A DNA stretch of 64,000 bases from Candidatus Bathyarchaeota archaeon (GCA_963733055.1 CAVTBR010000003.1:640001-704000); one strand, 5' to 3'; counted from the first letter of the stretch, positions 40,074 through 50,347 are shown. The notes: generated by a model from the sequence alone, not told the origin. Translations and numbers: made by a program.

Positions 40074-40619
40074 ATGCTCGTAAGCTTAGCCATTAGAATA
40101 AAGGAGTCGGAGTTCAAACCGGATCTTATTGTGGGTGTATCTAGAGGAGGCTGGGCGCCCGGAAGGATTCTCTCAGACCTTTTGGCCAACACGCACACCG
40201 CGAATATCAAAATTGAATTTTATGTGGGCATCAGCAAGACGGCGCGGAAGCCAATAGTCACGCAGCCAATCAGCGAAGACATATCCAAGAAAAAGATCCT
40301 CATAGTTGACGACGTGGCCGACACGGGCGAAAGCCTCGTCGTGGCATTGGATCATATTCGCGAGAGGGGCGCTGGAGAAGTTAGGACTGTGACCGTTTAT
40401 CATAAGCCCCATAGCAAGTTCAAACCAGACTTCTTCGCGGAAACGACGAGCAATTGGATAGTTTTTCCGTGGGAAAGGTTGGAAACAACAATCCTCCTGA
40501 TTCAAGAAGCAAAAGCAGAGGGACGTAGCCTGGAGAGTGTTCGTGAGACGCTCCTCAAATGCAGGATTGACGAGAGGACCGCGAGCGCCCTTCTCAAACT
40601 CGCTGACGGCGGTACATAG
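40074..40619 (+). CDS. Purine phosphoribosyltransferase (true start probably ~50 nt upstream)
   Basis: VGVSRGG, IVDDVADTG and WIVFPWE motifs. Confidence 0.9.
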   Translation: MLVSLAIRIKESEFKPDLIVGVSRGGWAPGRILSDLLANTHTANIKIEFYVGISKTARKPIVTQPISEDISKKKILIVDDVADTGESLVVALDHIRERGAGEVRTVTVYHKPHSKFKPDFFAETTSNWIVFPWERLETTILLIQEAKAEGRSLESVRETLLKCRIDERTASALLKLADGGT

Positions 40620-41185
40620 TGATATTCGAGCTCCCCCAACTCGGTCAATATGTGTGGATGTCAGCGTTCGACACTAAACCGCAAAATATCGAGCAAATGC
40701 TTCGGGGCGCTGGGGAGAAATATCCCGATACCAGCGTTCAATGCGTGGATTTGGATAAGATACCTGGAAGCCACTACCTCCTCTTGGCAACGGCTAACGC
40801 GCTCAAATCTCACACTTCAAGGCAACCAATTGCGAAATCTCTGGGGATGGAACTTCTCCTCTACATATCAGGCAACGGACAGATCAATGAAGCCCTAACC
40901 AAGGTCGGGGTCACTTCGGAAACAAACCGGACCGCGGTCCTAGCCGTAGGAAGTTCAAGTAATCAAGTCTCAGTCGCAGGAAGATACTTAGAGCAATTGT
41001 TTAGCCAGCAGGCAAGAGACGAGCTCCTCGATCGCTGGTCACCCGCCAGAATTGAGAACGTGCGTTTAGGATTTCAGATTGGAGACAAAGAACTGAAGGC
41101 GATGATCCGCAAAAAGGAGCCCATCACTAGCGCAATTGAGCGTCTGGCAATAGAGCGGTCGGCGATGCTTGCACTCAGGAATTAG
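40619..41185 (+). CDS. cgi121: KEOPS subunit Cgi121
   Basis: AKSLGMELLLYISGNGQINEAL..VG and C-terminal IERSA motifs. Confidence 0.85.
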   Translation: MIFELPQLGQYVWMSAFDTKPQNIEQMLRGAGEKYPDTSVQCVDLDKIPGSHYLLLATANALKSHTSRQPIAKSLGMELLLYISGNGQINEALTKVGVTSETNRTAVLAVGSSSNQVSVAGRYLEQLFSQQARDELLDRWSPARIENVRLGFQIGDKELKAMIRKKEPITSAIERLAIERSAMLALRN

Positions 41186-41190
41186 AACGG

Positions 41191-41718
41191 TTAGGTCTTT
41201 CGTTTCTCGCGTTCGACCGAAAGCGTATCATCCACCTTAAGCAAGGCAGCGCCCGCCAAATCTCCGATAACTTCTATCATAAGTATCCTATCCGGATGCT
41301 CTAGGTTGACAGTTCGTTCAATCTTTTTCGCTATCGTGTCAATTATCGTCTTGCTCGAAAGTCCGGTGTGACGTTTCTCAACCGTTATCCTGAACGTCTC
41401 CTTCTCTGCAATTCCCTCAGCCAACGCGAGAGCTGAGGATTGTATTGCCTCGAGCTTCGCTTCTGTAACAGTTTGAACCGGAACCAACTTCAGTGTGTAT
41501 TTGAACTCCCAAGGCCTTTCTTTTAGGAGCTCGCGAAGGTCGTGAATCGCTTTAACAACGTTGAGCTTGGTTTTGGCGACAACCAACCCTATGACTGATG
41601 TGGTTTCGATCGTTGACCCACGGTCTCCAACTTCTCCGAGGAGGTACCACATCTCGCTGCAAGTATTCTTCTCGTTTCCTCTACTGGTTGAGACGACCAG
41701 ATTGAAGTCTTTCAGCAA
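41191..41718 (-). CDS. THUMP domain RNA-binding protein
   Basis: TFRITVEKR and VNLEHPD motifs. Confidence 0.88.
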   Translation of the reverse strand: MLKDFNLVVSTSRGNEKNTCSEMWYLLGEVGDRGSTIETTSVIGLVVAKTKLNVVKAIHDLRELLKERPWEFKYTLKLVPVQTVTEAKLEAIQSSALALAEGIAEKETFRITVEKRHTGLSSKTIIDTIAKKIERTVNLEHPDRILMIEVIGDLAGAALLKVDDTLSVEREKRKT

Positions 41719-41761
41719 CGAGATGACCCGAGACTAGCGAGAGATAGCTGTACATTAATAG

Positions 41762-42385
41762 CTATCTTGGCCTACGCTGGCGCAGGCAACGAATTATCTC
41801 CGACCTCTCTACCGGCCCCTCCCGCAAAATGGCGATTTTTGCTTGGGTTAGGTCCACAACCGTGGAGGCTACGCCGAGCGAGGATCTGCCTCCGTCCAAC
41901 ACAACGTCTACGCGGTCTCCGAGTTCCTTCAAAGCTTCTACCGCTGTCGTCGCCGGGGGTTTTCCCGAGAGATTTGCGCTAGTCCCTATCAGTGCACCCG
42001 AACAAAGTTCCAGTAAGTTCAAGCAAATGGGATGCTTCGGTGAGCGTACGCCTACCCTTCCCTCCGGTGCAAGTATTGTAGGGGCAATCTCTTGAGAGCG
42101 CAGAATCATCGTCAATGGTCCAGGCCAAAAACTCTCAGCTACTCGTCTCGCACGATCTGTCACTTGCGTAAGCCTTTCCGCATCTGCTAACCCTTTCACC
42201 AAGACAGGCGGTGGCCTAGTTCGATCTCCCTTTACCTCCAAAGTCCTCTTGATCGCTAATTCATTCAGGGGATCGCATCCCAAACCGTATACGGTGTCTG
42301 TTGGGTAGCAAATTACTCCACCTTTGGCGACCGTGTCTGCCGCGCTCGCCAACCCATCCAAATCCGCCTTCAATACGCGTACCAA
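41762..42385 (-). CDS. tsaC: Threonylcarbamoyl-AMP synthase (TsaC/YrdC-type)
   Basis: PTDTVYGL, FWPGPLT, TSANLSG and STVVD..LREG motifs. Confidence 0.93.
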   Translation of the reverse strand: MVRVLKADLDGLASAADTVAKGGVICYPTDTVYGLGCDPLNELAIKRTLEVKGDRTRPPPVLVKGLADAERLTQVTDRARRVAESFWPGPLTMILRSQEIAPTILAPEGRVGVRSPKHPICLNLLELCSGALIGTSANLSGKPPATTAVEALKELGDRVDVVLDGGRSSLGVASTVVDLTQAKIAILREGPVERSEIIRCLRQRRPR

Positions 42386-42486
42386 AGGGGTCCACAGGCT
42401 TAAGCGAAGTATCGTTTCGCAAACTGCTTAAAGATTAGTCCGCGAGTCACGCTCACACTACTTCCGATCAAGCGAGGTGAGTCTGC

Positions 42487-43437
42487 TTGGAGGCACGGAT
42501 TGTTGTTCACGGTGGAGCCGGATTCTGGAGAAGAGACATTAAACTGGGTAGAGAGGGGGTGCAGAAGGCTGCGTCAGCTGGCTCGAAGGTTCTCGCCACC
42601 GGTGGGTGCGCGCTTGACGCGGTTGAAACCGCCGTCTCGGTAATGGAAGACGACCCCATCTTCAACGCTGGCAAGGGTTCTGCGCTGACCTACGTCGGTA
42701 CGGTGGAGATGGATGCAGCAATAATGGATGGACGGGATCTGTCGGCGGGCGCCGTCGCCTTGATCCGGAACACCAAGAATCCCGTACACCTTGCCCGAAT
42801 CGTGATGGAAAACACCGACCATGTACTATTAGCGGGGAAGACAGCAGAAAAGTTAGGTAGGGCGTATTGTCTGCCGACCGCTAACCCCATCACAGCTAAA
42901 CGTCGGAAAGCTTTCGCTGAGATGAAAAGGAATCCAATCAAGGGAAGATTGGAATGGCTGAAGCGAAGTCCTAGATTGATTCGTGAACATCCCGAAATTC
43001 TGGGTCACGATACAGTCGGGGCGGTGGCCGTCGACAGAGGTGGAAACTTCGCCTCAGCAGCGTCTACTGGAGGGATGGCGATGAAATTGCCTGGGAGAAT
43101 CGGTGATACACCATTGATAGGCGCTGGGTTGTACTCAGACAATCAAGCGGGAACGGCTACGGCAACTGGATGGGGAGAAATCGCAGTTAAGCTAGCCCTC
43201 TCAAGGACGACGTGTTTGATGATGGGGGAGGGACTATCCGCCACTAGGGCGGCTGAAGCCTGTGTTCGGATGGCCTCAACACGGTTGCACGGGCATGCAG
43301 GAGTCATCGCAATCGATCGAACCGGAAAGATGGCGGCCGTTCATAACACCGCTTACATGCCCTGGGCCTACTCTACTTCTACAATGAAACTACCAAAGGC
43401 AAGTGTCAGAGGGAAGATAGTATCCCGTTTGCGTTAG
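42487..43437 (+). CDS. Isoaspartyl peptidase / L-asparaginase (Ntn hydrolase)
   Basis: VHGGAG, FNAGKG, DTVGAVA and STGG...GRIGD motifs. Confidence 0.93.
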   Translation: MEARIVVHGGAGFWRRDIKLGREGVQKAASAGSKVLATGGCALDAVETAVSVMEDDPIFNAGKGSALTYVGTVEMDAAIMDGRDLSAGAVALIRNTKNPVHLARIVMENTDHVLLAGKTAEKLGRAYCLPTANPITAKRRKAFAEMKRNPIKGRLEWLKRSPRLIREHPEILGHDTVGAVAVDRGGNFASAASTGGMAMKLPGRIGDTPLIGAGLYSDNQAGTATATGWGEIAVKLALSRTTCLMMGEGLSATRAAEACVRMASTRLHGHAGVIAIDRTGKMAAVHNTAYMPWAYSTSTMKLPKASVRGKIVSRLR

Positions 43438-43560
43438 GCACCGGGCATGCGTCCCGCGACGTGTGGTAATGCGTTTTGCGCGCGTCGATTGACTTTCACG
43501 GCCAAAAGTTTAAAGGAGCCTGCTTAACGGCTTACACGAACTCCATCACAGGTCCGACTC

Positions 43561-43653
43561 TTGAGTGAAGATAATTGGGACAGCGATGAAGACGACTGGA
43601 CCGACGATGAATGGGGAGAGGACGAAGGTTGGGGAGAAGAAGAGGAGTGGTAA
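43561..43653 (+). CDS. 30-aa acidic Trp-repeat microprotein MSEDNWDSDEDDWTDDEWGEDEGWGEEEEW
   Basis: TTG start, AGGT RBS, upstream TTTAAA TATA, tandem TAATAA stop; strongly non-random composition. Confidence 0.7.
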   Translation: MSEDNWDSDEDDWTDDEWGEDEGWGEEEEW

Positions 43654-43732
43654 TAAGGCCCAGCCTCGACTTGCCTGATTTTGATTTAGGAACCTAACTA
43701 AACTGAACATTGATTCGAGAGATGAGGTAATC

Positions 43733-45511
43733 TTGTTACGCGTCGCTACACTGGACAAGGAACATTGCAAGCCAGATGACTGTGGCATACCGTGTTACCG
43801 TTTCTGCCCTGAGGTTCTGAATAGAAGATACGCTATCAAATTCATAGCAGGACAGAAGAAACCCATAATCGACGAGGACCTCTGCACCGGTTGCGGAATC
43901 TGCATCAAGAAATGCCCCTTCGACGCGATCAGCATAGTGAAGCTCCCGCAAGAGCTTGACGGGGAATGCATTCACAGTTATGGCGTAAACGAATTCAAAC
44001 TCTTCAGACTACCCGTCCCCAGCCCCGGCACACTCATCGGGCTCGTGGGAAGAAACGGCACGGGAAAGAGCACAGCCCTCCGAATATTGGGCGGAGAGAT
44101 GAAACCGAACTTCGGCACACCTGAAACCGCGACCGACTGGGATACCGTCCTAAAGAGATACCGAGGGACTCTGCTTCACGAATACTTCACCAACGTCTCC
44201 ACTGGCAGCATGAGGATCGTTCACAAACCGCAACACGTCGACAAACTCGGCGAGGTCATCAAAGGAAAGATTGGCGGGTTGTTGAATAAGGTCAATGAGC
44301 GCGGAAAGCTCGCGGAACTGATCGATGACCTCGAATTGAAACCGCTGCTCGAACAAGACGCGAAGGTGTTGAGCGGCGGTGAACTGCAAAGGGTTGCTAT
44401 CGCAGCGGCTATATCCAGAAACGCCGACGTCTACATCTTTGACGAACCATCAAGTTACCTAGACGTTTACCAACGAATTCGAGCAGCAAGGAGCATAAGG
44501 AAACTACTGGCAGAGAGAAAGACCGTACTCGTTGCCGAGCATGACTTGGCAATGCTCGACTACCTCTCGGACGAAGTCTACCTAGTTTACGGTCAGCCCG
44601 GATCATACGGCATCGTATCGCACGTTCACCCAACACGAAGCGGAATCAACGATTACCTCTCCGGATTCCTGCCCGACGAAAACATGAGGTTCAGAGATGA
44701 CCCAATCCGATTCCACGTTAGACCACCGAGGCAAATTGACTTCGAATCTCAAACCAGACTTGAATGGCCAAAGATCACGAAGAAGGTTGGGGAGTTTCAA
44801 CTCCAGGTTGACCCAGGCTACGTTGCGGGCGGCGAAATCATTGGAATACTTGGGCCCAATGGAATCGGAAAGACCACATTCATAAAAGAACTCCTCGCAT
44901 ACTACGAAAAATCAAGTCAAAATCAACTCCAAGTTAGTTACAAACCACAATACATCTCCTCAACCTACCAGGGGAACGTTCAGGAACTTCTCATGAGCGT
45001 TGTAGACGACTATTCATCCGCAATGTTCACCGACGAAGTGATCCGCCCCTTATCCATCACGAAGCTCCTCGACCGGAAGATAACCGAACTGAGCGGGGGA
45101 GAACTTCAACGGGTCGCGATTACTGCCTGCCTCGGAAAAACGGCTCAAGTCTACTTACTCGACGAACCAAGCGTGTTCCTAGATGTTGAGGAGAGGCTGA
45201 ACGTAGCTAAGGCGGTTAGGCATTTAGTTGACGCTCGACAAGCTTTCGCCTTTGTGGTTGAACACGACATTGTCACGCAAGATTTCCTTGCGGACCGTAT
45301 GATGGTTTTCAAGGGAACACCTAGCGTCGACGGCTACACTTCCAACCCGATGCCTTTGCGGGAAGCGATGAATGTCTTCCTTTCCGAAATGGGAATCACA
45401 TTTAGACGCGACCCCGACACGCAGCGTCCGCGAATAAACAAGTTGGATAGTAAGCTGGACAGGGAACAGAAGAGCTCTGGCGAATTCTACTACGTTGCCG
45501 CCAGCGAATGA
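43733..45511 (+). CDS. rli: Ribosome recycling ATPase ABCE1/RLI
   Basis: N-terminal 2x[4Fe-4S] Cys motifs, two NBDs with LSGGELQR, and ITFRRD. Confidence 0.97.
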   Translation: MLRVATLDKEHCKPDDCGIPCYRFCPEVLNRRYAIKFIAGQKKPIIDEDLCTGCGICIKKCPFDAISIVKLPQELDGECIHSYGVNEFKLFRLPVPSPGTLIGLVGRNGTGKSTALRILGGEMKPNFGTPETATDWDTVLKRYRGTLLHEYFTNVSTGSMRIVHKPQHVDKLGEVIKGKIGGLLNKVNERGKLAELIDDLELKPLLEQDAKVLSGGELQRVAIAAAISRNADVYIFDEPSSYLDVYQRIRAARSIRKLLAERKTVLVAEHDLAMLDYLSDEVYLVYGQPGSYGIVSHVHPTRSGINDYLSGFLPDENMRFRDDPIRFHVRPPRQIDFESQTRLEWPKITKKVGEFQLQVDPGYVAGGEIIGILGPNGIGKTTFIKELLAYYEKSSQNQLQVSYKPQYISSTYQGNVQELLMSVVDDYSSAMFTDEVIRPLSITKLLDRKITELSGGELQRVAITACLGKTAQVYLLDEPSVFLDVEERLNVAKAVRHLVDARQAFAFVVEHDIVTQDFLADRMMVFKGTPSVDGYTSNPMPLREAMNVFLSEMGITFRRDPDTQRPRINKLDSKLDREQKSSGEFYYVAASE

Positions 45512-45550
45512 TGTGCCACAGGTTTAACTAGCACGCCACAAACCTACCAC

Positions 45551-45781
45551 TTGGAGACCAAAATCCAAGTGACAACGAATTACTGTCTAGAATGTGGAGG
45601 AATATTGAGCTACGATAGCGCCCTGAAGCATTACACCTGCAAGAGCTGCGGACTCACTACAAGCGCACAACAACTCATGGAAGGCCGACTGAAACTGAGG
45701 GAGCGAGAATCTCCAGAGGAACAACGCAGGCGCAAACAGAATGACTACCTGAAATGGTGGCTCTCCAAGAAACCCGATTAA
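45551..45781 (+). CDS. Small zinc-ribbon protein
   Basis: CLECG...CKSCG motifs; YLKWWL C-terminus. Confidence 0.7.
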   Translation: METKIQVTTNYCLECGGILSYDSALKHYTCKSCGLTTSAQQLMEGRLKLRERESPEEQRRRKQNDYLKWWLSKKPD

Positions 45782-45884
45782 CCCCCACAATACTGAGAAC
45801 GTGCGACCGAACAAACCATCTAGTCATTTCTCCAAACACCATTTATCCATAGAGCTCTGAAATCAGTTCAGAGCTTGAGCCAGA

Positions 45885-46688
45885 TTGAGTTGCATCGTTG
45901 AGATACTGTCGATCGGCAACGAGTTGCTTCTCGGAAACACGATCAATACGAATGCGTCCTGGTTGTCGTCACAAATAACTTCTCTCGGAGGCGACGTAAA
46001 ACGAGTAACGACTGTCGGAGATAATTTGGGCGAAATTTCGCACGCGGTAAAGGAGTCTCTAGGACGTGCACCTGATTTCCTAATAACCACAGGAGGAATT
46101 GGCCCGACTTTTGACGATATGACTCTACTAGGCGTGGCTAAGGCGTTAGGGCGACGAGTTAAGTTGGATAAAGAAGCTGTTCGTCTAATCCGCGAGCATT
46201 ATGAACGAAGATTCAAAGAATCCATTGCGTTCACTAAACCGCGTTTGAAGATGGCGCGGATACCAACAGGTTCGACCCCGATACACAACCCAGTAGGAAC
46301 AGCCCCAGCAGTCTCTTTGAATCTCGGACGAACTGAGGTCTTCTGTCTCCCAGGCGTTCCCTCAGAAATGAAGGCGATATTCCAAGAATCAATATCAGAA
46401 GGAATACGCTCAAAGTCGGGCGGGAAGAATTTCCTTGAAAAATGGGTTAAGATCAGCGGCATCATGGAGTCCGCAGTAGCCCCAACTATAGATCGTGTAA
46501 TGAACCACTGGCCCGGGGTTTACATCAAGTCGCACCCTCGCGGCGTTGAGGCGAGTGGCCGAGCCCATATTGAACTACACTTCTCGATCTTCTCCCAGAA
46601 GAAAACTTTAGCCAAAGAGAGTGTGAACGGCGCGCTAAAGGAAATGAAGCGGGAACTGAGAGCTGTAGGAGCGAAGATAGACCCTTGA
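45885..46688 (+). CDS. CinA-like molybdopterin-binding-domain protein
   Basis: GNELLLG..NTN, TTGGIGPTFDD and LPGVPSEM motifs. Confidence 0.9.
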   Translation: MSCIVEILSIGNELLLGNTINTNASWLSSQITSLGGDVKRVTTVGDNLGEISHAVKESLGRAPDFLITTGGIGPTFDDMTLLGVAKALGRRVKLDKEAVRLIREHYERRFKESIAFTKPRLKMARIPTGSTPIHNPVGTAPAVSLNLGRTEVFCLPGVPSEMKAIFQESISEGIRSKSGGKNFLEKWVKISGIMESAVAPTIDRVMNHWPGVYIKSHPRGVEASGRAHIELHFSIFSQKKTLAKESVNGALKEMKRELRAVGAKIDP

Positions 46689-46694
46689 GATTAA

Positions 46695-48545
46695 CTACTG
46701 CAGTTTGATGTACCGCTGAATCTGTTCCTCAATAACGCGGATGCTCCCCCGCCAGAAGTCTGGTTTGTGTATATCGATCCCGAATCTCCCGGCCAAATCC
46801 GCGGGTGTCGCCTCTCCGGTGCTTGCTAGTAAGGCCTCGTAGTCTTTCACAAACTCTCGCCCTCGTTCTCTGTAAATGGCGTAGAGACCAGTGCCGAAGA
46901 GTAAACCGAAGGCATACGGGTAGTTGTAGAATGAGAAGCTGGGAATGTAGTAGTGGACTTTCCAAGCCCACATGTATTTGTGAAGGAATTTTTCGTCTAA
47001 CCCGTCGGCGTAGGTAGCTTTCTGGCAGCTTAGCATGATTTCACAGAAATCGTCCGCCGAGAGTTCTGAGTTAACGCGTTTTTCGAATACTTCCTTCTCG
47101 AATAGGAAGCGTGAAGTTATGTCGACTATTACCTGGCTAGAACCAATCAGAGAGGTCTCCAGAATTGCTAACTCTTCCTCCGAATTCGCTGCTTGCGCTA
47201 GTGCTGCATTGGCTATGATTGTTTCATCCATGATCGAGGCGGTTTCCGCCAACGTCATCGGCGTGGTCCTCTGCAGCAACTGTTTCCCGGATAGGCATTC
47301 GTTGTGGAAAGCGTGCCCTAACTCATGAGCTACGGTGGAAACTTGGTCGAGAGAACCATCGAAATTGCAGAGAATACGCGACTCTTCAACGCCGGGTACG
47401 TCCATGCAAAATGCCCCGCCGCGTTTCCCGTTACGGGGTTCAGCGTCGATCCAATGATTGTCGAATGCTCTCTTTGCGAGCTTTTCTAACCGTTCGTCAA
47501 AGCTTCGGAACTGGGTGAGAATGAAACTGATCGCTTCCTGCCAAGTGTATCTTCTCTCATTCTTTCCAACTGGCGCGAATAGATCCCACCAAGGGAGCCT
47601 ATCGTGTCCAAGCCTCTTTGCTTTAGCGTTTAGATATCGCCGGAAGATGGGGAACGATTCTTGCATCACTGAAAGTAGAGTGTCTAGGGTCTCACGGTCG
47701 ATTCTTGAGGTATCGAGTGAATCATGGAGAGCATCTTTTCGACCTCGTCGATTGTCAACGGTGAGTGAACTTCCCTTTACCCCGTTTAGCGCGCTCGCTA
47801 AAGGTTCGCGGACGGTTTCCCATGCGGCGAGTTCGGTTTCGTAGGCTCGTCGTCGAACGTCTGCGTTGGGATGATGGTTTAGGTTTTGGAGGGCGGTTAT
47901 TGGCATTGTCTGGGTCTTTCCATCGAGCTCGAAATTAACGGTCAATTGGGAGCAGATTGTCCCTTGGAGTTTGCTCCAGGCGTTTGCTCCGCTCAGTTCA
48001 AGCTCGGATGCTAAGGCTTCCTCCGGTTCGCTCATGAGGTAACGGCTTTGTTCTGCTGTTTCGCGAAGGTAGAACGCGTGGTCCTTTGCCGTTCCTTGTG
48101 CATCAAGAATCGACGGCAAAATGTCTTTGATTGTACCGACCCAGCCCCTGAACCGCACTTCTTGCTTCTGCAGCCGAACTCCGACCATCTCGAGTTCTGA
48201 CTCGAGCCGCTTCGCCGTCGTATTGTAGGAGTCTGTAGTTACGAATGATGCTATGTAGGCGTTGATGGTCGAGTATAGGCGCAACGCTTTGTTGGTTCGT
48301 TCTAAGTAGCCGTCGATGAGCGGCTTCGCTTGAGTACCGGAGTGGCTGGGAGCGGTACCAGCCGTTCGAGATATCCGGTGGTGATCGAGATACTCATCTA
48401 GAGCGTCAACCTGAACGCCCAGATCCGCGATAGCCTTTCGAAGTGAATCGGTCTCAAGGCCGGCATAGACGTTGGAGAGATCCCATCTGGGCAATTGACC
48501 CGCGTCGACAGCAGTCAACTGGTTAACCTTCGTCCGCGTAGTCAT
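46695..48545 (-). CDS. pepF: M3B oligoendopeptidase F
   Basis: WDL, GKRGGAFC, HELGH, LAETAS and FYNYPYAFG motifs. Confidence 0.93.
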   Translation of the reverse strand: MTTRTKVNQLTAVDAGQLPRWDLSNVYAGLETDSLRKAIADLGVQVDALDEYLDHHRISRTAGTAPSHSGTQAKPLIDGYLERTNKALRLYSTINAYIASFVTTDSYNTTAKRLESELEMVGVRLQKQEVRFRGWVGTIKDILPSILDAQGTAKDHAFYLRETAEQSRYLMSEPEEALASELELSGANAWSKLQGTICSQLTVNFELDGKTQTMPITALQNLNHHPNADVRRRAYETELAAWETVREPLASALNGVKGSSLTVDNRRGRKDALHDSLDTSRIDRETLDTLLSVMQESFPIFRRYLNAKAKRLGHDRLPWWDLFAPVGKNERRYTWQEAISFILTQFRSFDERLEKLAKRAFDNHWIDAEPRNGKRGGAFCMDVPGVEESRILCNFDGSLDQVSTVAHELGHAFHNECLSGKQLLQRTTPMTLAETASIMDETIIANAALAQAANSEEELAILETSLIGSSQVIVDITSRFLFEKEVFEKRVNSELSADDFCEIMLSCQKATYADGLDEKFLHKYMWAWKVHYYIPSFSFYNYPYAFGLLFGTGLYAIYRERGREFVKDYEALLASTGEATPADLAGRFGIDIHKPDFWRGSIRVIEEQIQRYIKLQ

Positions 48546-48629
48546 CCGTTTGGCTATTAAAGGGACAAGCCTGAACCTAGATGGAGCGGAGTTGAATGAT
48601 ACCACGTTAATTCCATGCTGGGCATATCC

Positions 48630-49400
48630 ATGACGTACACGATATTTCTCATTGGGATGGCAGGTTCGGGAAAGTCAGCGCTCGCCGCTGCATATTCACA
48701 ATGGCTTAGGGGCACGGATCAAGACATTCTCGTTGCGAACCTGGACCCGGGCGCTATCGCAGTACCCTACAATCCCGACATTGACGCTCGGCAATATGTG
48801 GACGTAGAGAAGTTGATGCTGGACTATCGGCTTGGGCCGAACGGTGCCCTCATCATGGCGTCTGACCTGCTTGCAGATCATTTGGAGGAGATTAGGTCAG
48901 AGATAGACGCAGCTAACCCGGACATTCTTCTTGTCGACACACCGGGCCAAATAGAATTGTTCGCGTTCAGAGAGGGAGGTCGGTTCATTGCAACGCAGCT
49001 GGCGGAAGGCGATCAGGCGGTGATTTATCTGATGGATGCACCTTTCACTAAATATCCTCTTAATTTCGCATCCAACATTTTCCTCTCAGCAGCTGTGTAC
49101 AGCCGGATTCAACAGCCTCAAATTCTAACATTATCCAAAGCCGATTTGATTTCTGAGGAGGATATCGATATGATAGTTTCTTGGGTAACTGAGCCCGACG
49201 CTTTCGATCGATCACTGCAGACGATTAAGGAAGAAAATTTCTCGTTAATTTCCAGGACCCTAGCCAACGCTATCTTTGAGAGCGGGCTACTATCGGAACC
49301 CGTACCGGTTTCAGCAAAAAACAACTCTGGATTCTTGGAGCTTAACGCCGCGGTGACTCGAATGCTGTCGGGCGGTGAAGAGACATTCACTCAGAAGTAG
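48630..49400 (+). CDS. GPN-loop GTPase
   Basis: GMAGSGKS, NLDPG, LGPNG and DTPGQIE motifs. Confidence 0.93.
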   Translation: MTYTIFLIGMAGSGKSALAAAYSQWLRGTDQDILVANLDPGAIAVPYNPDIDARQYVDVEKLMLDYRLGPNGALIMASDLLADHLEEIRSEIDAANPDILLVDTPGQIELFAFREGGRFIATQLAEGDQAVIYLMDAPFTKYPLNFASNIFLSAAVYSRIQQPQILTLSKADLISEEDIDMIVSWVTEPDAFDRSLQTIKEENFSLISRTLANAIFESGLLSEPVPVSAKNNSGFLELNAAVTRMLSGGEETFTQK

Positions 49401-49468
49401 TGGGAAAACGGCCACGAACGGTAAATAGTACTGGATAAGGTGTCGGATCAAAGCTCGAAGGAAGAAAC

Positions 49469-50191
49469 TTGGCCCAAGGGACGGCAGACCGAATCATCAC
49501 TGGCGCTCGGAAGCAAAAGAGACAGGCGCTACTAGAGCCTGAGGCCAAAGAGATTTGCGTCGCCTATAACATTCCAACCCCGACGTTTCGAGTCGCCCAC
49601 ACCGCATCCGAGGCTGCATCGCTTGCAGAACAAGTGTCATTCCCTGTCGTACTGAAGATCGTATCCCCAGACATATTGCACAAGACTGAGGCGGGCGGGG
49701 TCATAATGAGCCTGAACTCGAAAGACCAAGTCAAAGCCGGTTATGAGCAGCTTCTCTCGAACGTGAGAGGATTCAAGGAGGATGCTCGGATCGAGGGCAT
49801 CCTAGTGCAGCATATGGCGCCTAGAGGCGTGGAAGTAATCGTAGGGGGTCTCAGGGACAACCAGTTCGGACCAACCGTACTGTTCGGCCTAGGCGGCATA
49901 TTCGTTGAGGTGTTGAAGGATGCCAGTTTCCGAGTGGCCCCGATGACCGATTTGGATACGCGGCAAATGATCAGAGAGATTCGTTCATACCCCATACTTC
50001 AAGGAGTCAGGGGGCAGCCCCCCGCCGACGAAGATGCAATAACGGGTATCCTTCAGGCCACTTCGAGGATGTTGCTTGAGAATTCAGAGATACAGCAGAT
50101 AGACCTCAATCCCGTCATGGTATACGGAAAGGGAGCCACGGTTGTTGATGCCAGAATTGTTCTAACCCAATCAGCAACTCCATCCAACTGA
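49469..50191 (+). CDS. ADP-forming acyl-CoA synthetase beta subunit (ATP-grasp)
   Basis: VLKIVSPDILHKTEAGGV, FGLGGIFVE and DLNP..VDAR motifs. Confidence 0.9.
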   Translation: MAQGTADRIITGARKQKRQALLEPEAKEICVAYNIPTPTFRVAHTASEAASLAEQVSFPVVLKIVSPDILHKTEAGGVIMSLNSKDQVKAGYEQLLSNVRGFKEDARIEGILVQHMAPRGVEVIVGGLRDNQFGPTVLFGLGGIFVEVLKDASFRVAPMTDLDTRQMIREIRSYPILQGVRGQPPADEDAITGILQATSRMLLENSEIQQIDLNPVMVYGKGATVVDARIVLTQSATPSN

Positions 50192-50347
50192 TTATATATG
50201 TGCGACAAAATCATTCCCACATCGTTCAGACAGCGGGTTAAATTGAAAGCCTCCAGCGCAAGAGCCATTCAGTCAGCGAATATTCCGGAGTATCACCTCA
50301 TTATCCATAACCCGAAGGTTCCATTTCGCTTAGTAGGGCGTCGCTGA

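Noticed and set aside
43546-43788. 80-aa minus-strand ORF
   Set aside because: Antisense shadow of the acidic microprotein and the ABCE1 start.
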